IMG/VR virus record: IMGVR_UViG_3300012942_000121
Coordinates: 1-26,855 of that record
Strand: one strand, 5' to 3'
From: a virus
Lineage: Duplodnaviria; Caudoviricetes
DNA: 26,855 nucleotides
The notes under the pieces are model-generated. The model saw only the letters and a list, made by a program, of their open reading frames with translations. It ran no database searches and was not told the origin of the DNA. A program made the translations under genes and the position numbers. The stretch's first letter is position 1. Every line of letters begins with the position of its first letter. Shown here in pieces: positions 1-9,848 of this stretch.

Positions 1-2054
1 TCCTCGTTCGACTGGCTCACGCCGCCGTGTGCGAGGCCCTGCACCCCTTGGAACAGCGACTGCGCGCCGGGCAGGTAGGAGTTGTGCTTGACGATGGTTC
101 CGTCGATGAAGTCGGTGTTGTTCTGATTGCCGTACACCTGCGCGTACGCGAACTGCGCGGCCTGCTCGTCGCTCATCGACGGGTACGCCTTCTTCGTCAT
201 TGCGACGTAGGGAGCGAGGTCCGATGCGAGCGACGCCTTCGTGGCATCGTTCAGGTCGTACGAGGTCAGCCCACCGGGGCCACCGAAGATCGGCAACAGC
301 CGCTTGATGAAGCCGGGGTCTTGCTGGCTGATGTACGCCGCCGCCGCGTCGCGGTCGGCCTTCGTCGTCACCGCGTTCTCGCCGTTCTTGATCCACGTCC
401 GCGTGGTCTCCAACGCCTTCGGGTCGTTGACATCGACGCCGCTGCCGATGAACGCCGCGACCTTCTTCGCGTTGTCCGTGCCGATGTAGTTCGCCAGCGC
501 ACCCGGACCACCGCCCGGCACCGACAGGAACTTCTGCATGATCTGCAAGGACTGCTGCGCTCGCGGGCTGATAGAACCACCCGTCACGAACAAGGCTTCC
601 GAGTCCTGACGCAGTTGCGATTCCAGCGACTGCGGGCGCAGCTTCTTCTCTGCGCTCACGAGCGCGAGCTTGCTCACGCCGTTGTCGAGTGCGTTCGGGT
701 CGTCCTTCGCCGCCGCAACGTGGGTCTGCCAAAATTCCTCGGTCGCAAGTTGCGCGTTCTGCTCGCTCACGTCGCTCGGCATCGCCGAAGGATCGCCGCC
801 GTTGATCGCACCCATCGCCGACGCACGCTGCGCCTGATCGTCGAGCAGACCCATCTGTGCCTTCTGCACGACCGCCTGCACCTTCGCTCGTCCCTTGTAG
901 AACTGCTGCAACATCAGGGCGCGGCCGTGGTTGTCGATCACGTCCGTCTGCGCACCGCTGCGGGCCTTCCAGCTTGCGTTGATGTCGTCGATGGTCTTGT
1001 TCAGCGTCGCTTCGTCGCCGGGGAACGTGCCCTGCGCGAGCGACATCGACAGCTTCGTCGAGTCGCCGCTGATGTCCGCGAGGGCCGGTGCAGTCTTCAG
1101 GGCCTTCTGCGTCCACAGTTCTTCCTCGTTCTGCAACTGCACGCGGGATTCCATCGGGATCGCATTCCACACATCCGCGTTCGACTTCATCGCGTTGTAC
1201 GCTTCGAAGTTCCCGTTGCTCAGTTGCGCCCGAGCCGACTGCGCCATGTACTTGCCGTATGCCTCATCGGTCATGCCGTACGGACGAAGCAGCGTGTCCG
1301 TGAACTTCTGCGTTTCCTGATCGCGGAGTTGCTGCGCCTCGTCGGGCGTCGTGGCGTAGCCGCTCGCCTCGTGCAAGGTGGACTGAAGCAGCTTGCCCGA
1401 TGCAACGGTGTTGTTGAGGAACTTGTTGCCCATGTCCTCTTGCTGCCACGCAATGTGCTGCTTCATGTGCGTGTCGAGCATCGTGCCCCACTGCTCTGCG
1501 AGCTTGGACTGCACGAGCGCGTCCGCAATCGGGTCGCCAGTGTTGCCGATGCGCGTCGCCTGATCGACGAGGTACTGCCGCACATCGTCCGGAGACTGCC
1601 GACGCAGTTCCGGCATGTTCTCCATGAACTCGTTTTGCGCCTGCGTGATAGCCGTCATGGCCGTCATCGCACGCGCACCGTTCACGGTTGCCGATGGTCC
1701 GAAAATCTTCGTGTACCACGGCTGCTCCTTCTCAACGTCTTGCAGTGACTTGCCCTGCGCGACCTCGGACATGCCTTGGAAGTAAAGCCGCTTCTGCTCC
1801 GCAGCGATGTACGGTTGCAGGGCGTTGTCCGTCAGCTTGTTGATTACGTCGAGCGACTTCTTCGACGAGTTGAATGCCGCGTTCGCAATCGCCTGCCAAT
1901 CGCCGCCCGGCGCGACAGAGGATTGCCCGCCTTGGATCGAGCCGCCGCCACCCTGCAACGTGATGCTCGGACCCACAGCCTGCTTCGTCGGCTGTTCAAG
2001 AACTACACGTCCGCTGTCATCGAGTGCGAACGAACTCGGTCCCATCTGTGCCAT
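1..2054 (-). CDS. Internal virion protein B (T7 gp15 / phiKMV gp36 position), truncated at the left edge
   Basis: Absent from the ORF track because no stop lies in the window. ATG at 2054 follows GAGGTG (SD). My translation reads MAQMGPSSFALDDSGRVVLEQPTKQ...KSLQDVEKEQPWYTKIFGPSATV..., helical and Q/A-rich. It follows the gp14-like gene. Confidence 0.8.
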   Translation of the reverse strand, partial: MAQMGPSSFALDDSGRVVLEQPTKQAVGPSITLQGGGGSIQGGQSSVAPGGDWQAIANAAFNSSKKSLDVINKLTDNALQPYIAAEQKRLYFQGMSEVAQGKSLQDVEKEQPWYTKIFGPSATVNGARAMTAMTAITQAQNEFMENMPELRRQSPDDVRQYLVDQATRIGNTGDPIADALVQSKLAEQWGTMLDTHMKQHIAWQQEDMGNKFLNNTVASGKLLQSTLHEASGYATTPDEAQQLRDQETQKFTDTLLRPYGMTDEAYGKYMAQSARAQLSNGNFEAYNAMKSNADVWNAIPMESRVQLQNEEELWTQKALKTAPALADISGDSTKLSMSLAQGTFPGDEATLNKTIDDINASWKARSGAQTDVIDNHGRALMLQQFYKGRAKVQAVVQKAQMGLLDDQAQRASAMGAINGGDPSAMPSDVSEQNAQLATEEFWQTHVAAAKDDPNALDNGVSKLALVSAEKKLRPQSLESQLRQDSEALFVTGGSISPRAQQSLQIMQKFLSVPGGGPGALANYIGTDNAKKVAAFIGSGVDVNDPKALETTRTWIKNGENAVTTKADRDAAAAYISQQDPGFIKRLLPIFGGPGGLTSYDLNDATKASLASDLAPYVAMTKKAYPSMSDEQAAQFAYAQVYGNQNNTDFIDGTIVKHNSYLPGAQSLFQGVQGLAHGGVSQSNE

Positions 2055-2061
2055 TCACACC

Positions 2062-3000
2062 TCACTTGAGTTGGAAGTTAGCGATGCTGCTGCTCGACCC
2101 TTCCGTAGAGAAGAAGCCGTTCGTGCTGCCGCCGAGATTTGCGCTGAAGCCATACGCGTTGTTGCCGACTCCGTAGTCGCTCGCCAGCGACGACGTGCTA
2201 GTCGGCATGGAGAACGTGGTCGGCCCGAACAGGACACCCGCCGACGAGTACCCCGGCGTGTTGCCGATGGTGCCGCTGCCGATGTCGCTCCCGCTGCTGC
2301 CGAAGCTCGACTTCAGGTTGAAACTTCCCATCGCACCGTTCGCGGCACCGAGCCACGCTTGACCAACAACACTCGTCGCGAACTGACCTGCGCGCAGCGG
2401 GGACTGCACGAGCGGAGCGACGTTGATGTTGTAGTCGATGGGAGCGAATGTCTGGCCTTCGTCAAGCGACGCGATGGTGTTGTAGGCCAGCCCCGCCTTC
2501 TGTTGCAGAATGTCGTACGTCTGGTACTTGAAGTTCTGGTCCGTGATTTCCTTCTGCCGCGCAGCGGTGAGGGCCATCGTCTTCTGCAACATGCTCGCGG
2601 TCGTGCCGCCGACGCCATTCGCCGCCGCCGCTGCGCGCACCGCACCAAGTTGCTCCGCTGCCTTCAGTTGCTGATCGAGACTGCCCTGCACCGCGTTGTC
2701 TTGCAGACGAACGAGGTTCATCGTCAGCGCGTTCTCCTGATCGGCATTCGCGTCGAGCTTCCGTTGGTTGCTCAGGCTGCGCGTCAGGTTCGACAGCGAC
2801 GCTTGTGCTGCGACGAACGCGTTGTTGGCCGCACGTACCTGATTGGCCGCATCGGCGTTCGTCTGGTTGATAAGGTTCTGCGACGTGGTGTTCGCGTTGT
2901 CGATCATGCCTTGGGCGTCACTCCAAGCCTTGTTGACGTACGCGTCCATCCACGTATTCATGAAGCCAGCGATGCCGCCAGCTAGTGCTGCCCAGCCCAT
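2062..3000 (-). CDS. Internal virion protein A (T7 gp14-like ejection protein)
   Basis: 312 aa with an AGGAGGT SD, hydrophobic G/A-rich N-terminus (MGWAALAGGIAGF), A/N/Q-rich helical core and G/S-rich tail. Sits directly after tail tubular B. Confidence 0.75.
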   Translation of the reverse strand: MGWAALAGGIAGFMNTWMDAYVNKAWSDAQGMIDNANTTSQNLINQTNADAANQVRAANNAFVAAQASLSNLTRSLSNQRKLDANADQENALTMNLVRLQDNAVQGSLDQQLKAAEQLGAVRAAAAANGVGGTTASMLQKTMALTAARQKEITDQNFKYQTYDILQQKAGLAYNTIASLDEGQTFAPIDYNINVAPLVQSPLRAGQFATSVVGQAWLGAANGAMGSFNLKSSFGSSGSDIGSGTIGNTPGYSSAGVLFGPTTFSMPTSTSSLASDYGVGNNAYGFSANLGGSTNGFFSTEGSSSSIANFQLK

Positions 3001-3020
3001 AAGGCCACCTCCTATTCCGC

Positions 3021-5624
3021 TTACACGCGGCGTGAGCTAAGGAATAGCTGACCGACCCACTCAATCGCGGTGAGGCCCATCGGTAGCCAGTTGCGCGACA
3101 CGAACTGCATCGTGTGCTCCGTGTTCGCCCGGCCTGCGGGCACCTGCAATGCCGCCGTGGTGATAGGCTGCATCCCTACTTGGTTGTTGCTGATACCGAC
3201 GCGCCGACCGTTGAAGCGGTACACCTGATCGGTCATGCCCGCGTAGTTGATCCACGCATCGAGACCGCCTGTGTTGTTCACCGACACGGTGTAGCGTCCG
3301 ATGACGAGTCGTCCGTTGACGATGGCCTTGTCGTTCTGGTCCCGCACGAACGGCGGTGTGATTTCCACGTATGACGAGTACCCGACGCCAACCCATGCCG
3401 CTGCCTGCTCGTCTGCGGTCAAGCGACTGTAGAAGTCGTTGAACTGCGCGATAGGTTCGCCAAGCCATGCACGATCCACGGTGTTCGCGAGAGCTACAGA
3501 CGCGTTCGGGAACTTGGAGATTGATGCCGGGTTGATGATGCTCATGCTCGACGAGGTTTCGCCCGCGAGGTACGCCGCCGCCGTGCGCTGCGCATCGAAG
3601 TACGGATTCACCGCGAGGTCCGAGTCCATGACGAACTGATCGCACGCGGCAAAGATGCTGCCGCCGTCCGTGCGCAGCGTGAAGACGTAGACCGATGAGT
3701 CATACGTCGTGAGGCCGATGATCTGCCCGACGCTCGTATCCCACTCCCAGCGCGACCACGAGTCGAACGCTCGCGTCTGCGTGCCGGGCTGGTCGATGAA
3801 GCTGTAGACGTACAGCCCGTTGTCGTTGCCATCCGTCCGCACGAACAAGGTCGTTGGTGCCGATAGCGTTGCAAGCTCGATGGGTCGCCCCTTGATGTAC
3901 CGGCTCAACTGCTGCGAGACCGTGTAGGTCTCAGGCGTGTCTTGGAACAGGCCGAGTTGGAACTGGTTGATCTTGCCCGCGTACGGCGACGGGCCGGGCT
4001 GATTGCGCGCCGGTTCGTACTTGCCGTAGAACAGCAGGTTGCCCACGACTACAGGCTGCGCGTACTCAGCATCCTGCTCGTTGGCCGTGGCCGACACGGA
4101 GACTGTCTTCGGCGTGAGCACCGAGCGCCCGCTGATGACGTACTGCTTGCGTTGGCCGAACATGAACAAGTCCTTGTCGTACACGACGCACTTGCTGATG
4201 ATGTCGTCCTCCGCACCGAGCGCGTACACCTCAATCGGGTCGTCGTCGTCCACGGTGAGCATCGACTTGCGGAACCAGTTGAAATAGTCCCCGGTGCGGC
4301 TCATGAAGATCACACCGTCCGACACGATCACGAGTCGGTCCATGAACACGGTGAGCAGCGACACCCGCTTGCCGAAGAAGTACGGCACGTTGCCGGTCTC
4401 GTTGATGTCGCCAGCGACGCTCGACGAGTAACCCGGTGCGCTCACGCCAGCGAGGCTGTTAAGTTCCGCCGCGTTGTTCGCGAGATAGAACGTGTGACCG
4501 TCCGACGAGACACAGCCGATGGCGAACACCTGCCCCGGCGTCACGACCTGTGCAGGGGCTTCCTTCCACGTCACGGTGCCGATGGCCTGCGTCCCGGCCC
4601 AATTGCTGTCGGGGATCGCTTGCATGTAATACGGGTCCGCGCCGGTCGGCTTCACCTGCACGACCTTGTTGGCCCAATGCAGGGGAGACAGCAGGCTTAC
4701 GTCCGTCACGGTGTTCAGCACCGCACGGAACAGCGTGCCGTCGCCGGAGTCGTCCACCGTTACCGACCGGCAGTCGTCGAGCGCAATCGAGCCTCCGACC
4801 GCGGCAATGCTTGTGTAGCCTGCGCTGACCAGTGCATTAACAAGCTGCGAGGCGATGTTCTGCGGCTGGATGCTCGCAGCCGCCTGACCGACCCACTGGT
4901 TGACCGCCGAGTTATAGGCGTTCACCCGGTCGTTGACCTGCTTCTGGTAATTCGTATTCGTCGAGCCGTCCGGGTTCGTAAGCGGGATGTCGCTCGTGTC
5001 CAGCAGGTTCGGATAGCTCTGTGCCATCGTCGTGTACGAGGCGTTGAACGTTGCGCCGTCGCTGTTGCGCACGACGCTGATCTTGTACGTCCGGCTGTAT
5101 GCGCCGCCGCGCACCGTGGCCTGACCGTGGAATTGCTGCGCGCCGTATGGGTCGCTAGTCGAGTACCCCGGCCCGAGCGAGTTCGAGGCCATGACGATGT
5201 ACTGGCCGACCGTCGTGATCGCGCTGATGCCTCCGAACAGCCACGGTTCGAGATTCGTCTGGTTGCCGTACACCACATTGAGGAACTTGCCCGTCACCTT
5301 GTTAAGCACGTAGCAGAAGGGCAGCGTGTCCCCGCTGTTGCGGGTCCCGCTCATGTACACGATGCTGTACTCGGTCCCGCCGATGAAGAAGCTGTATTCC
5401 CGGTAGTTCCGCGCATACGCCTGTTGTGCCGGCGTCAGAGATGCGACAGAGGGGATAGCCTGCTTCTCGTCCATCATGATCGAGCCGTGCCGGCGCACGA
5501 GACCATTAACCGGGTCCGAGACCATATTCACTTGTTCGTAGTGCTGGCCGGGATGCCGGTCCTGCGGAACCTGCTCGCTAACGCCGCGAGTAATGCTGGC
5601 ATACGATCCTATTACCTTTGCCAT
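3021..5624 (-). CDS. Tail tubular protein B (T7 gp12-like nozzle)
   Basis: 867 aa. N-terminus GVSEQVPQDR..GQ...QVNMVSDPVNGLVRRHG, internal SRTGDYFNWFR...DDDPI and WSRWEW motifs are typical of this family. AAGGAGG SD. Confidence 0.92.
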   Translation of the reverse strand: MAKVIGSYASITRGVSEQVPQDRHPGQHYEQVNMVSDPVNGLVRRHGSIMMDEKQAIPSVASLTPAQQAYARNYREYSFFIGGTEYSIVYMSGTRNSGDTLPFCYVLNKVTGKFLNVVYGNQTNLEPWLFGGISAITTVGQYIVMASNSLGPGYSTSDPYGAQQFHGQATVRGGAYSRTYKISVVRNSDGATFNASYTTMAQSYPNLLDTSDIPLTNPDGSTNTNYQKQVNDRVNAYNSAVNQWVGQAAASIQPQNIASQLVNALVSAGYTSIAAVGGSIALDDCRSVTVDDSGDGTLFRAVLNTVTDVSLLSPLHWANKVVQVKPTGADPYYMQAIPDSNWAGTQAIGTVTWKEAPAQVVTPGQVFAIGCVSSDGHTFYLANNAAELNSLAGVSAPGYSSSVAGDINETGNVPYFFGKRVSLLTVFMDRLVIVSDGVIFMSRTGDYFNWFRKSMLTVDDDDPIEVYALGAEDDIISKCVVYDKDLFMFGQRKQYVISGRSVLTPKTVSVSATANEQDAEYAQPVVVGNLLFYGKYEPARNQPGPSPYAGKINQFQLGLFQDTPETYTVSQQLSRYIKGRPIELATLSAPTTLFVRTDGNDNGLYVYSFIDQPGTQTRAFDSWSRWEWDTSVGQIIGLTTYDSSVYVFTLRTDGGSIFAACDQFVMDSDLAVNPYFDAQRTAAAYLAGETSSSMSIINPASISKFPNASVALANTVDRAWLGEPIAQFNDFYSRLTADEQAAAWVGVGYSSYVEITPPFVRDQNDKAIVNGRLVIGRYTVSVNNTGGLDAWINYAGMTDQVYRFNGRRVGISNNQVGMQPITTAALQVPAGRANTEHTMQFVSRNWLPMGLTAIEWVGQLFLSSRRV

Positions 5625-5633
5625 CAGTCCTCC

Positions 5634-6227
5634 TTACCAAGTACGGCGATAGAATCGAGACATGGGGCTGATCATCCGCAACTGCCCCGCCACAGACGGG
5701 TTGCTAAGCATGTTCGACTTCATCTGCCGGATATGCTCTGCACGCAGCGTGGTGAATGCTTGCTGATACGCACCGCCCAGCTTGTTGTACTTCTGAGCGT
5801 CGCCGTCGTAGTCGTTCTGGAAGTCGAGCACGGTGCGTGCGGCGACGACGTGGTTGGCCTGCATCGGAAGGTCGTCGAACGGGACCTCTCGTATCAGTTC
5901 CACCGCAACCGGCTTCGCGAACTCGTACGTCGAGGTCGAGCGGTCATAGAGACGACGGCCACGGACTACCCAGCTATTGCCGTCATCCATCGGCTTTACG
6001 TCGATGGCATCGGTAGGCACGTAGATGAACTTCGTGTTCGGGTCCGGCGTGAGCGTCAGATAGTCGGTGTTGAACCACCAGCCCTTCGCCAGTTCCTGCG
6101 TCAGGCACGTCTTCATCTTCAGCAACGCAGCCGCCACGAACGGATGGTCTGCATCGACGGTGTTCAAAGGCGTTTCACCCATCGAAGCGAGGCACTGATT
6201 TACAACATCCAATTGAGTCAAGCGCAT
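5634..6227 (-). CDS. Tail tubular protein A (T7 gp11-like adaptor)
   Basis: 197 aa. LDVVNQCLASMGETP and GWWFNT motifs. Located between capsid and tail tubular B, with a CAGGAG SD. Confidence 0.92.
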   Translation of the reverse strand: MRLTQLDVVNQCLASMGETPLNTVDADHPFVAAALLKMKTCLTQELAKGWWFNTDYLTLTPDPNTKFIYVPTDAIDVKPMDDGNSWVVRGRRLYDRSTSTYEFAKPVAVELIREVPFDDLPMQANHVVAARTVLDFQNDYDGDAQKYNKLGGAYQQAFTTLRAEHIRQMKSNMLSNPSVAGQLRMISPMSRFYRRTW

Positions 6228-6238
6228 TTGAACTCCTG

Positions 6239-6278
6239 AAAGCGAAAAAGCCCCGACGCCTTTTGGGCACCGGGGCTA
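6239..6278 (-). terminator. Intrinsic terminator after the major capsid gene (T-phi equivalent)
   Basis: Minus strand reads AGCCCCGGTGCC-CAAAA-GGCGTCGGGGCT then TTTTCGCTTTT: a GC stem with two G-U pairs plus a U tract, just after the capsid stop. Confidence 0.88.
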
Positions 6279-6284
6279 GTTCAA

Positions 6285-7304
6285 TTAGGTCGAAACCTTC
6301 TTGATGAGGCCCGCGAAAGCGGGGTTGTTCGGGGTCACGCCGAACGAGAGGTACGCGTCGATGAACCACGACTTCAGACGATTATCGAAGAACACGTCGG
6401 TCGTCAGCGGGATCGTCTCGCCAGCGAGCAGGGCACGCGGCGACAGGGCGACAGCGACGGTGTTGCTGAAGTCGCCGTCGTACGCGTTGGCATTGCCGTC
6501 GTTCGACAGGAAGTGGCCGGTGATGTTGGTCGTCGGAAGGTTGTTCGACCGCCAGATCGGCACACCGAACGCTTCGAGTTCCTTCGTCTTGATGGTCACG
6601 CCGTCCGACGTGATGAAGCTGCGGTCAACGAGACGGTCGTTCTTCAGGAGGGTGTAGTACACCCACGGCTGCGCCACGACCACGATGTCGTCGGCTTGCG
6701 GATCGACATCCTTGGCTTCCATGTCCGAGAACAGTTGGCCGAACATGTCTTCGAGCGCGGCCGGGTCTTGCTCTTGGCCTGCGGACTGGAACGTCTTCAC
6801 AGTGCCCGGTGCCCAGCCGGACGGGTAGCCCGTCATGTCGGCGATCTGCGCAGCCTTGATGGCTTGGATGAGGAACGCTTGGTCGTAGAACTTCGCGATC
6901 TTCTTGCCGTGCTCTTGGCCGACTTGCGCACGAGCGTCGTAGCTGTTCTGGAAGTCGTCGATCATCGGCGTGATGTTGCGGGCGATCACGACCGTATCGA
7001 CGGTCAGCTTCACCTTGCTCGCTTGGTTCACGCTGCCGTCAGGTTCCGTACCCGGCACGAGCTTCGAGAGCGTCGATTCGCCGACGCGGAAGGAACTGAT
7101 CGTCGAAGTGCCGCGCACCGGACGAACGGGAATGTAGCCCGCGATAACCGACTTCCGTGCAATCGTGCCTTCCACCTCGCCGGTGTACTGTTCGATATGC
7201 AGGGCCATCGGGTTGGTCTGCGCCGGGGCCGAACCGATCTGCGGGTTGTTGCCGACTTGCAGGTTCTGACCGGGGCGGTTGATATTGGTAACGCTCAAGC
7301 CCAT
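6285..7304 (-). CDS. Major capsid protein (T7 gp10-like)
   Basis: 339 aa. ALHIEQYTGEVEGTI, LTVDTVVIAR and GKKIAKFYDQ motifs, strongly biased codons, AAGGAG SD. Flanked by a promoter and a terminator. Confidence 0.95.
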   Translation of the reverse strand: MGLSVTNINRPGQNLQVGNNPQIGSAPAQTNPMALHIEQYTGEVEGTIARKSVIAGYIPVRPVRGTSTISSFRVGESTLSKLVPGTEPDGSVNQASKVKLTVDTVVIARNITPMIDDFQNSYDARAQVGQEHGKKIAKFYDQAFLIQAIKAAQIADMTGYPSGWAPGTVKTFQSAGQEQDPAALEDMFGQLFSDMEAKDVDPQADDIVVVAQPWVYYTLLKNDRLVDRSFITSDGVTIKTKELEAFGVPIWRSNNLPTTNITGHFLSNDGNANAYDGDFSNTVAVALSPRALLAGETIPLTTDVFFDNRLKSWFIDAYLSFGVTPNNPAFAGLIKKVST

Positions 7305-7327
7305 GAGGACTCCTTTTCTTTGAAAGG

Positions 7328-7369
7328 CGTGTCGTTTCTCGCCACGCTTAGGTCTCTAGAAGCGACACG
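7328..7369 (-). promoter_or_regulatory. Stem-loop in the capsid mRNA leader
   Basis: Minus strand CGTGTCGCTTCT-N18-AGAAACGACACG pairs 11 of 12 positions. It lies between the promoter copy and the capsid SD. Confidence 0.6.
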
Positions 7370-7375
7370 GTTCTC

Positions 7376-7398
7376 TGTGTCGTGTAGGAACCGGAATT
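7376..7398 (-). promoter_or_regulatory. Putative phage RNAP promoter (capsid promoter)
   Basis: AATTCCGGTTCCTACACGAC (7379-7398) is an exact repeat of 10871-10890. Both copies are intergenic, followed by NCA, and upstream of late genes where Autographiviridae promoters normally sit. Confidence 0.8.
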
Positions 7399-7409
7399 AC
7401 CGGAGGCCC

Positions 7410-7448
7410 AAAGCAAAAGGGCCAGCCCGGTTTCCCGAAGCTGGCCCT
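7410..7448 (-). terminator. Intrinsic terminator after the scaffold gene
   Basis: Minus strand AGGGCCAGCTTCGG-GAAA-CCGGGCTGGCCCT followed by TTTGCTTT, with a GNRA tetraloop. Confidence 0.8.
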
Positions 7449-7466
7449 CTGAGGTGCGACTAGCTG

Positions 7467-8279
7467 TTAGCTGCGATACGCCATGCGTCGCTGCACGAGC
7501 GACTGGTATTCCGGCGTGCTCTCGAAGTTCACGCCCTTGGTGCGCCGAAGTTCCTGCGATGCCGCCGCGAACTCCTTCGGCGACAGCGGGCCGTTGGCCG
7601 GTGCTGCCGAGCCGCGTGCTGCGTCGGTCTTCACTGCCGGTTGCTGCGGTGCGTACGTGGTGCCGGGTGCGCCCCGGTACAGGTTCACGAGGTACGCCGC
7701 CATTGCCTCGGCGACTACGCCGCCCTGCGCGAGAGCCGCGTTCACCGCCTCCTTTTCGGCGGGTTCAGCGTTAGCCGAGGCCCACTGAAGGACGTTCGAC
7801 CACTCCTGCTCGCTACCCGCCGCCGCGACGACGATCTGCTGTACCGCCGCCGTCTTCTCGGCTTCGGCCCGAACGTAGTCGGCGTAGCCCTTCTCCGCGA
7901 GCGCGATGTAGGCTTCCCAGCCCTGCACGCCCTTCTCGGCCATCAGGGCCTTCACCGGGCCGAAGTTGCCCTTCGTGGCCGCTTGGATGGCCGGGTGATC
8001 CACGTCGAGGCCGTGCTTACCGACGAAGCCGAGCGCGAGGTCGAGGTTCGAGTCGCCAGTCGGCGCGTACGTTACTGCCGGACCGAAGACGCCCTGATCC
8101 GCCTTATCGTTCGCTGCCGGGGTTGCCGGTGCAGCGGGTGCCGCTGGGGCTTGCGCAGGTGCCGCAGGAGCAGCGGATGCTGCCGGGGCGGCAGGAAGGG
8201 ACGTTGCGACCGGAGCAGCCGGTGCTGCGGGCTGTGCGGGTGCTGCCGGGGCTGCTGCGTTCGCGTTCGTATCGCTCAT
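7467..8279 (-). CDS. Capsid scaffolding protein (T7 gp9-like)
   Basis: 270 aa between portal and capsid. Ala/Pro-rich N-terminus and AGSEQEWSNVLQWASAN motif. AAGGAG SD. Confidence 0.88.
   Translation of the reverse strand: MSDTNANAAAPAAPAQPAAPAAPVATSLPAAPAASAAPAAPAQAPAAPAAPATPAANDKADQGVFGPAVTYAPTGDSNLDLALGFVGKHGLDVDHPAIQAATKGNFGPVKALMAEKGVQGWEAYIALAEKGYADYVRAEAEKTAAVQQIVVAAAGSEQEWSNVLQWASANAEPAEKEAVNAALAQGGVVAEAMAAYLVNLYRGAPGTTYAPQQPAVKTDAARGSAAPANGPLSPKEFAAASQELRRTKGVNFESTPEYQSLVQRRMAYRS
8113..8260 (-). repeat. Degenerate 9-bp tandem repeats encoding PAA/APA low-complexity scaffold N-terminus
   Basis: Plus-strand units such as gctgccggg, gttgccggt, gcagcgggt and gctgcgggc encode AAAPAAPAQPAAPAAP...APAAPAAPATPAA. 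Confidence 0.65.
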
Positions 8280-8282
8280 GTG

Positions 8283-9833
8283 TTACTGCGCTCCTTGTTG
8301 TGGTGCCGCCATGTTCCCTGCTACCGCAGAGGCGACGGGCCGGGCTACCTGCTGTTGCAGGGCCATGAGTTGCTGGTTCTGTAGGTCTTGCGCCTGCTGA
8401 TCCGGCGACTTGATGTACAGCGACGGGTCCACGCCACGGCCAGTGAAGATCGCGTTGGCGATGGCGTCGAGCTTCAGGACGAACTGCATCTGCGGAGGCA
8501 GGCCAGACACCGCCGCCATGTCTTGCAGGCACAGCTTCAGGTTGTCGAGGTCGCCGTTGCGCGACAGTGCGTCGAGGCCGGTGATGATCGTCGGCTTGAT
8601 GTCGGTCCCGTTCAGGTCCGCACCGCCGACTTCGCGAATCAACCAGTAGGCCATCGGAAGCTGGAAGTCGAGCGCGAGGCGCGAGTACACACCGCCCAGC
8701 GAGGTTTCCAGTTCGTTCGCGACCATGCGGACTTCCTCGGCAGTCACCCGCTCCGCGTCGCGGATCACGGACGCGCCGAGCAGGAACACCTGACCGAGAC
8801 GGTTGACGTACTTGCTGTTTGTCACGTCGATCTGTTGCAGCGACGCTGCGGTGCCCGTCACGAGCGGGATGATGTCGTTTTGCACGCCGGGCAGTGCTTG
8901 GCCGTTCGTGCTGGCTTCGAGGTCTTCCGGCTTCGTCTGCCCCGCAGGGTTCACGAGCCATCGGAACTGCGATGCGAGGATCGCCGCTTCCACCTCGGCC
9001 TGTGACAACGCGGACAGCGCGGCGAGGTCGCCCGACACCTGCTCGACGAGTCCGGTGCCGTAGTTGTTCTCGTCGTGTAGTTCCCACGTCAGCACGCGAT
9101 ACGGTAGGGTCTGCTCCGTGTACTTGCCTTGGAACTTCGTGTCCGCAAGCTCGTACTCATCGACGTGCTGGGTCTCGTGGTAGTTCTGGCCGTCCCACTT
9201 GACGTGCGTGTAGTGCGCGACCGTCGTGCATTTCCCGCTCTCGTCCGGCTGCTCGTTCTTGAACCGCTCGGTGTGCTCTCGGAGGTATTCCTGCGCGGCT
9301 TCGGAAAGCTCGTCGAACAGGACTTCCTCCTTGACGATGATTTCGATGACCTGCCCTTGCTGCGACCGCTTCACCACGTACTTCTTGATCCCGAGCACCC
9401 GCATATTCTTTTGCAGGAGCAGGAGGCAGTTGCCTGTGATGATGAGGTGCCGCAGTGCTTCGTAGAGCTTCGGGCGTACGCCCATCTGGTCGAGGGCCTT
9501 GATGCAGTTCTGCTCGGCCACCGACAGTTGCGACTGAAGCTGCGTGATGTCGATTCCACCCCGAGCCATAAGCCCCTTCATGAGCTTGCTCGGAATGTCG
9601 AGGCGGAAGAACGGACGGCTCGGCGCAAACAGTGCCAGCATCAGCTTATTGGTCAGGCTGTTCACGCCCTGTGCGCCGACCGACTGATAGTCCGTTTGAA
9701 GCTCTTGCAGGTTCTCGTTGTACCCCGGCGGCGTGCAAATCGTCGGCAGGGTGAATGCTGCGTACTTCTCACAGCGGACGAGCAGCGACTTGCGCTGACC
9801 GTCCAATGTTGACCATTTCTTCTGGACGGTCAT
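8283..9833 (-). CDS. Portal / head-tail connector (T7 gp8-like)
   Basis: 516 aa. QSVGAQGVNSLTNKLMLALF..SRPFFRL and RDAERVTAEEVR...ELE..LGGVYS motifs. AAGGAGG SD. Confidence 0.96.
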   Translation of the reverse strand: MTVQKKWSTLDGQRKSLLVRCEKYAAFTLPTICTPPGYNENLQELQTDYQSVGAQGVNSLTNKLMLALFAPSRPFFRLDIPSKLMKGLMARGGIDITQLQSQLSVAEQNCIKALDQMGVRPKLYEALRHLIITGNCLLLLQKNMRVLGIKKYVVKRSQQGQVIEIIVKEEVLFDELSEAAQEYLREHTERFKNEQPDESGKCTTVAHYTHVKWDGQNYHETQHVDEYELADTKFQGKYTEQTLPYRVLTWELHDENNYGTGLVEQVSGDLAALSALSQAEVEAAILASQFRWLVNPAGQTKPEDLEASTNGQALPGVQNDIIPLVTGTAASLQQIDVTNSKYVNRLGQVFLLGASVIRDAERVTAEEVRMVANELETSLGGVYSRLALDFQLPMAYWLIREVGGADLNGTDIKPTIITGLDALSRNGDLDNLKLCLQDMAAVSGLPPQMQFVLKLDAIANAIFTGRGVDPSLYIKSPDQQAQDLQNQQLMALQQQVARPVASAVAGNMAAPQQGAQ

Positions 9834-9848
9834 TCGCGTCCCTCCTTA

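Noticed and set aside
6175-6310. Possible T7 10B-style -1 frameshift at the capsid C-terminus (AAG GTT TCG; -1 frame open to 6175)
   Set aside because: There is no proper slippery heptamer because TCG cannot re-pair on TTC. The extension would be only about 40 aa, run through the terminator and overlap tail tubular A.
9072-9080. Partial promoter match CTACACGAC inside the portal gene
   Set aside because: Only 9 bp match, the flanks differ, and it is explained by codons for ELHDE.
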